Shown piece after piece: positions 58,017 to 64,000 of a stretch of 64,000 nucleotides of DNA (positions are counted from its first letter, which is position 1; each line of letters opens with the position of its first letter). Under the pieces are notes generated by a model. It made no database searches and was not told the origin of the DNA. It saw only the letters and a list, made by a program, of their open reading frames with translations. The DNA is from Carpediemonas membranifera BICM (taxonomy: Eukaryota > Protista > Fornicata). Where the stretch lies: positions 34,114 to 98,113 of the forward strand of contig JAHDYR010000053.1 of the NCBI GenBank assembly GCA_019828565.1, in the 5' to 3' direction. The position numbers were made by a program, and so were the translations under genes.

Positions 58017-58619
58017 ATGACGACAGACAGCCAACAGTGGATCGCATTTGAGCATCTTGCGGCTCTATACACCACTATAAAGCGTGGTAAGATAGAGACC
58101 GCAAGTCAATGCATCAACATGATCGAGGATTCCTGTGTGGAACGATTTGTGATGTTCTGGCTAACTACAGAGAACGCGGCGACGATTTACAACGAGAAAA
58201 CGGCTGCTCTGCAGGAGAGCTATGGAGACGGAGTTGTGCGGTGCTCGGGTACGGACAGCATCACGAGAACAATATCATCTTCCTCTCGTGGTGTCGAGCA
58301 TGTATCGAGCATTGAGCGAGCATCAAGCGTCATGCAGCGTCACTTGGAGTTCCTGCATTGGGGCAAGATCGCCCTTTCCTGTAGCGGCAGGACGCTAGCT
58401 GACTTTGCGACTCAGCACTTCCCCTTCCGTGTCTCTGATATTGAACGCAAGATTGTCTTCGTGATGGTCACCGTTCCCAATGAGTTCATGGTTTGGTATA
58501 AGGCGCTTGTTGACGAGAAGATCGATGAAGAAGAGTTTACCTACTACATCATTTATCGTCTTAACTCCAGCGCGAAGGATCACATGGTTGTTAATGCCCT
58601 AACCTTCAAATATGAATGA
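58017..58619 (+). CDS. Orphan cargo protein P homolog (200 aa)
   Basis: Clean ORF; weak C-terminal similarity to 17041-17952. Confidence 0.6.
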   Translation: MTTDSQQWIAFEHLAALYTTIKRGKIETASQCINMIEDSCVERFVMFWLTTENAATIYNEKTAALQESYGDGVVRCSGTDSITRTISSSSRGVEHVSSIERASSVMQRHLEFLHWGKIALSCSGRTLADFATQHFPFRVSDIERKIVFVMVTVPNEFMVWYKALVDEKIDEEEFTYYIIYRLNSSAKDHMVVNALTFKYE

Positions 58620-59113
58620 TCAGAGAGAGTGATGTGGTTAAAATGGATTGCAAATGAGTCTTTTTAATGTCTCACCACCTGTTTGGGCCTCAGCGCTGTC
58701 GTTCAGGCCAATCCACGTTTGTGGATCCGTGCAGTTTATGGCTTATCGACCGGACATCTCCTGAACTGAGCGCCAGGGGGCGGAGGTGGCGTTGGCGTGG
58801 GGCGTGGAGGCGCTGGGGGCGGGGGTGGCGTTGATATTGGGCAATTACATAAAAGTGCACGGTGCTTGGAATTTCATTCCAACCTCAAAATGGCGGGAAA
58901 GCATTATTGGAAGGAACTAGTGGCAGCTATGCGGTTCTTTATACTGCAAAAGCAACCAGCTGTCGTCAAAAAGCGCGCCATCTACCATCAATAACCAACA
59001 TCTGCGTTGCACTCCACTGTTCTCGGTCGTTACTGCACAAAAATCACTAAACAACATCAAAAAGGACTGTTCATACGTTATTAAACATTGCTTGCTACTT
59101 CTGTTTCATCTTA

Positions 59114-60460
59114 TTGTCGTTTACAGCTGTGTTGTCCTCAACAAATGCCAAGACAGATCAACGAGGCGTTCGCGGCTTCCCGTTGAAGACTTGCCATTGC
59201 CAGAGAGAGTGCCATGCCTGGCACGTCTCTCTTCTTGTCTGCCGCGTGAAGGAATCGACCAGGCTGGATTCATGTGCAGCTTATGCAGCAATGGACACTC
59301 TGGAGTCAGAACTGCATTTGCAGCAGCTTATTGCTGCTATTGAGCTTACTTGTGGCCCTGTCCCATCAGAAAGAAACAACAGACAGGCTCGAAAGATCGC
59401 CGCGGTCATTTCTGGTGAGTTTGACAGAGCATTCGACCGTTTCTTGCGCGATCTCTTCGCCGACAGCCCGTCTATCATGAAAGAGCTAGATCTCCTGGCG
59501 GAGATTCCCCAAGAGCCCATTGAAGATGTGCCTGTCGCGGTAGGAGAAACCGCCAAGCCTGCATCCAAGCTTCAGCCCAAGACCACCAAGTCTGCGAAGA
59601 AGAAGGTGCAGACAAAGAAGCTGAGACAGCTGGCGCCGCGACGCGCTGGTACGCCTGCCCCGACACAACAGCAGGTCATCGTACCACTCAAGAACCTCAG
59701 CCGCCAGGAAGAGACAAGCCTTGAAACGTGGATTCGCAGCGTGCCGAAAAACTGTGCCATTACCATCGATATCTCTGGGATGGATGGTTTCAACGCCAGT
59801 GAGTCGACCCTTCACGAGCTGGAACACTCATTCCAGGAGAACAACGTCCGAGTTATTCGGGCCTGGATTGCTTACCAGCTTTGTCTCTACGACTGTTTGT
59901 CAAGCCAGAAGATTAAGTATAACGAAAACGTGGCCCCCAGCGACGCCCCTGCTCTCAGTGGCTCTTCAGCAGCAGAGGATCTTTGTCCAGGCGAACAAGC
60001 AAGGTGCACTTTCCACACGCCTTAACATAACGAAGACCCCTTCTACAACAACGTTGTGGAGCGTCTGAAACTGATGGGTGAGACAGAAAGCATGATGTCA
60101 AAGTTCCACAACATCATTGGTGTCATCATCATCCACTTCGCCGACTTCACTTCCTTGCTGAAGAACCGAATGATCCCGAAGGATAACGATACAGTCAGGG
60201 GCTTGAGCACCCTCATTGTTCACAGTCATCTGTGCATGGTTTACTCAACGGCGAAAGATATCCGTCCTGAGATCTACAATGCTCTGACGACAAGCAGTAC
60301 ATTCCCGCCAGACCTTATGGCGTTTGCAAGAATGGCATTTGGTCTCGGACAAACCGCGGCGGTGACCCATGAGTCGCCCGAAAAGCAGAAGCATGCGGAC
60401 AACACAATAGAGGATGATTCAGAGATCGAGACAAGTGGTAAGAGGGTGAGGACTGAGTAA
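59114..60460 (+). CDS. Orphan cargo protein Q homolog, split frames
   Basis: AWIAYQLCLYD motif shared with 15227-16507. Confidence 0.6.
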
Positions 60461-61181
60461 ATGGATTGCAAATGAGTCTTTTTAATGTCTCACCACCTGT
60501 TTGGGCCTCAGCGCTGTCGTTCAGGCCAATCCACGTTTGTGGATCCGTGCAGTTTATGGCTTATCGACCGGACATCTCCTGAACTGAGCGCCAGGGGGCG
60601 GGGGGTGGCGTTGATATTGGGCAATTACATAAAAGTGCACGGTGCTTGGAATTTCATTCCAACCTCAAAATGGCGGGAAAGCATTATTGGAAGGAACTAG
60701 TGGCAGCTATGCGGTTCTTTATACTGCAAAAAGCAACCAGCTGTCGTCAAAAGCGCGCCATCTACCATCAATAACCAACATCTGCGTTGCACTCCACTGT
60801 TCTCGGTCGTTAATGCACAAAATCACTAAACAACATCAAAAGGACTGTTCATACGTTATTAAACATTGCTTGCTACTTCTGTTACATCTCCTTAGGACAT
60901 TTACTTCTGATTCTGTTTCTGCTCTCTCTTCTCCAGCACCTCTGCCATCTCGAGACCTGTCAGCAGCATTGATCTCATTCCTGCATCACAGAAAGTATCA
61001 ATCTCTTTTCGTCCGCTCAATCATTGCAATAAACTGCCTGTGCAGTCTTCCGCGCACACCTTTTGCGCACTTATTGGTGCTCACCTGCCTGTATCCCTTG
61101 TGGCATGTGTCACAGCTGACGTTCTCGCGTCCATGAAGGTCTCTACCACACACTATGCAGCGCCGATAGAAGACTTGACCC

Positions 61182-62303
61182 TCAAACCCTCGCTGACAGC
61201 AGTCGGTCAGTCTCTTTCGCTGAGCTGCAGACAGGAGTGACCTCTTCTGTATCATCTAACAGAAGCGGACTCGGCTTGGCGACGCATTCATGCACGCGCA
61301 TGATGACCTTGAGCTTGTCAAGACATTCGGCAGCAGTGGGACGCTTCGCAGGGTCGAAGTGGAGCATCTGCATTGCCAGGTCGTACAGGCTGAGACAAGT
61401 AGGTGGCGTGGTGCCGCGAATCGGGAGCTCAGAGTTCACGTTGACACACTCGAGGCAATCTTTGAAATGTGTCTGTGCCTGAGGGTGACAACTGCAACTG
61501 CCCACCATAGAATTGGCACCAGTTCAGCAAGCTACCAAGCTTCAGCATCTTCTTCTTCTTCTTGTTGTCGATCTGCGCCATGTTTGCACCCATGTCAGTC
61601 ACCTTCGCGGCAAAGGGGGACTTAGAGAGACCGTTAACGAGCATCATAATGACAATACCGCAAGAGTAAATGTCCGATGCAGGTGTCACGACATAAGAAG
61701 TGACGGAAAGAGCCCCTACCGTCATGCGCGCGAGCTTGGAGGTGTCGCGTGCAGCAGGAATCACTGAGCGCGAGACAAGGTACTCGTAGAAAAGCTCTGG
61801 GGGCAAATATCCATGGGTGCCGCGATACTCGGATGCGAATCTCAGTTGTATGGCCCACCTGTCGTCGCCATTAGCCGGCTTCCTCATTGCAGACCCAAAA
61901 TCAATGAGGTATCCCTTCTGACTCTTGCTGAAGAGGAAGTTGTCTGGCTTAATATCGCAATGGACAACCCCGTGGTCATGCATGTAGCATACTGCCTGCA
62001 GCAGATGCGAAACATAGCGGAACTGCACGCTGGAGTGAGCCTTGCAGATGCCAGCGAAGGGGTACAGTTGACCAAAGGAGCCATGAAGGCTGGATCACGG
62101 TCGACAAAACCTGTATCGACGACAGGGAGGACATGCGGACTGTCCTTGAGCGCTAGCAGAGTGGGAACCTCCATACCATAATGCTCATCAACTTTGATCA
62201 CGACCTGCAGCTTTTCAGGTTCAAAGTTGTGCAGATATTGTCTACTATTACCAGGTAAGGAAGTAAGTCGCTCCAGCTTGTCGCTATCTAGCTCGAACAC
62301 CAT
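61182..62303 (-). CDS. Ser/Thr protein kinase, frameshifted; possible Cys-rich tail to about 60998
   Basis: VVIK, VHCDIKPDN, DFG, GTHGYLPPE, SDIYSCG and DPAKRPTAAECL. Confidence 0.88.
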
Positions 62304-62638
62304 GCACAGGTAGCTGTGTGAAATTCGGTCTTAAAAGTGCATTTCGCGACAGCTAGCTGTGCGTCACAACGAGAGAAGTAGCAGTGGAAAACAAGCCAGG
62401 ACTGGCTTATGAATGGTGTTTATGGACATCAGCTATGCTCCAATCATAAACTCTTCCTCTTTACAATGTCAGATGAAGGAAAAGACGATACTGTCGGCAG
62501 TATCGCTCTCTGAGCGCTCCTCATCAATCACATTCTCTTGAATCTCCCCCATCACCATCTCTGCCCGCCACCTCCCCGCCATGCTCGTCGTGGTCGATCT
62601 TTGGTTCCTCATCGGCACTCTTGCATAAGTCCACCTCC

Positions 62639-63667
62639 TCACCAAAGGCGCCCTCCTCGCTCTCCCTCGCGAGCTGGCACCTCGTAGTGCATCCACTCTG
62701 CCTGGTAAGCTGGCTCGTCGGACACCGCCTCCTCGTCAGTATCGCCCTCTCTCTCGCCCTCTGGCATCTCTGTCTCGCGAGTCAGCGAGCCGAACTCCGC
62801 CTCCTTGTCAGCCTCGCTCTGCCTCTCTTTCTTCTTAGTATCGTGAAGCTCGATCATTCTGGCCTTGAGCCTGTTGTAAAGCCAGCCATCGAGCATCGGC
62901 GGCACCAGGTCGGCAGAGCTTCGGATCTCCGGGTTGAGATCAAAGATCGTCGGGCGCCGCGTGGTCGTTAAGTGACTGGACGCCAACTGGTGCCTGAACT
63001 GCTCATCGGTCAGGCTGATGCGCTTGTCCTTAATGACCTTCTGAGGCTTCTCCTGCGGTCTGCCGCGGCGCTCTAGCGTGCCGATAGACTGCATCCTATC
63101 GGTGGACACGTCGATCCGCTGCGCAAAGCGAAGCATGCGAACCGTCAACCCCTGAACCTTGAGCGCCTCCGATACAGCACTGGCCTGCGGGAATCCCGAT
63201 TTGAGCGTGCCAAAGCCCATCCAGCTCGGGCACGAGGTAAGGTCTATCGCATCGGGGAGATTACCTTGGAGATACGAATACTCCCAGCCCGTCTGGTTGA
63301 GCAGAATGGCAATGGCGCCATACGGGCTGGGGAGACTCTCAACTGATGCAGGGGACACCTCTTCCTCCTCTTTCCAGGACAACGGCTTCGCAGGGTGTGG
63401 CAAGTCGAAGTTCCGGAAAGACTGAACAGCCGAAACGATCCTCTTAGCCATAGCAGGCGTCTTTGTAGCGAAATAATGCGCCAAATAAGTCGTAACGTTG
63501 TCGCTTCGGACAATCTCGATGCCCTTCTGCATTTCAGCGCCTGTTTCCTGGCAAATGCTGGCCAAAACGTCCTCCAGGTGCTTCTTGTACACACTACGCG
63601 TCTTCACTGAAACTCTATCAGACCAGCGCTTAACAATATCGTCGTTATTTGCAGCTAGAACCTCCAT
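62639..63667 (-). CDS. Degenerate tyrosine-recombinase-like protein, homolog of 24334
   Basis: SVKTRSVYKKHL, IVSAVQSF, ILLNQTGW and GLTVRMLRF. Confidence 0.6.
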   Translation of the reverse strand: MEVLAANNDDIVKRWSDRVSVKTRSVYKKHLEDVLASICQETGAEMQKGIEIVRSDNVTTYLAHYFATKTPAMAKRIVSAVQSFRNFDLPHPAKPLSWKEEEEVSPASVESLPSPYGAIAILLNQTGWEYSYLQGNLPDAIDLTSCPSWMGFGTLKSGFPQASAVSEALKVQGLTVRMLRFAQRIDVSTDRMQSIGTLERRGRPQEKPQKVIKDKRISLTDEQFRHQLASSHLTTTRRPTIFDLNPEIRSSADLVPPMLDGWLYNRLKARMIELHDTKKKERQSEADKEAEFGSLTRETEMPEGEREGDTDEEAVSDEPAYQAEWMHYEVPAREGERGGRLW

Positions 63668-63681
63668 AACACGAGTTTTTC

Positions 63682-63882
63682 TGTTGGTATTGCAATTTCA
63701 GAATTTCGTACATACAAAATTATCAAATACTTGGATTCGACCTAAACTTGGCTCAGATCCGCAATCCTGAGGCTGGAGTGGAGTTCATGGGAACTTTTAA
63801 AAATTTTTAAAGTAGTCATGAACATCCAAATTCTAAGACAATCTCCGGTACTGGAAGTAATTCTGAAATTGCAATACCAACA
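63682..63882. promoter_or_regulatory. 24-bp perfect inverted repeat (63682-63705 and 63859-63882) upstream of the YR-like gene
   Basis: TGTTGGTATTGCAATTTCAGAATT and its reverse complement. Confidence 0.7.
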
Positions 63883-64000
63883 CAAGTTATATTTCTGAAA
63901 ACCGAATACACGGTGATACTGTTATCTATTAGCTCCAGTAGGGACCCAGGCCGGAGTTTTTGTACACCCCTACCCGCTTGCCTCGGAATTCGGACATGCC

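Larger units (their letters stand above)
56817..60888 (+). repeat. Three direct repeats of about 375-470 bp (about 56817-57191, 58641-59110, 60459-60888) separated by cargo genes
   Basis: Near-identical sequence with a hairpin, a CCGTGCAGTTTATG motif and a G-rich tract. Confidence 0.92.
44789..64000. mobile_element. Giant DNA transposon 2 (over 19.2 kb; far end outside the window), sister family of element 1
   Basis: Starts CATACTGT; subterminal TGCAAGAAAAAATGA at 44846-44860 equals 9084-9098; homologous transposase and cargo. Confidence 0.85.

Overview
Eukaryotic repeat region with no recognisable housekeeping genes. The host looks like a compact protist: introns are about 30 nt and TAAA overlaps or follows most stop codons. 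The backbone is a head-to-tail, minus-strand array of two paralogous single-ORF non-LTR retrotransposons (RT plus CCHC plus restriction-like endonuclease, CRE-like). Families A and B alternate strictly and share two near-identical leader blocks. Two giant DNA transposons have inserted into this array. Element 1 is complete: 9006-32578 (23,573 bp), perfect 74-bp TIRs starting CATACTG, a 2-bp CA target-site duplication and an EnSpm/CMC-like DDE transposase. Element 2 starts at 44789 with the same CATACTG terminus and runs off the window. The two are highly diverged in protein sequence but carry a shuffled, homologous cargo kit: SET, PHD, OTU-like, HEPN, apparently inactive tyrosine-recombinase-like proteins and two orphan families. 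Element 2 adds a GNAT, a caspase-fold protein and a protein kinase. They also share conserved non-coding motifs. This candidate family of giant cargo transposons with a chromatin/ubiquitin toolkit is the main finding. All domain calls are from motifs read by eye. Many frameshifts lie in homopolymer runs and may be sequencing errors.
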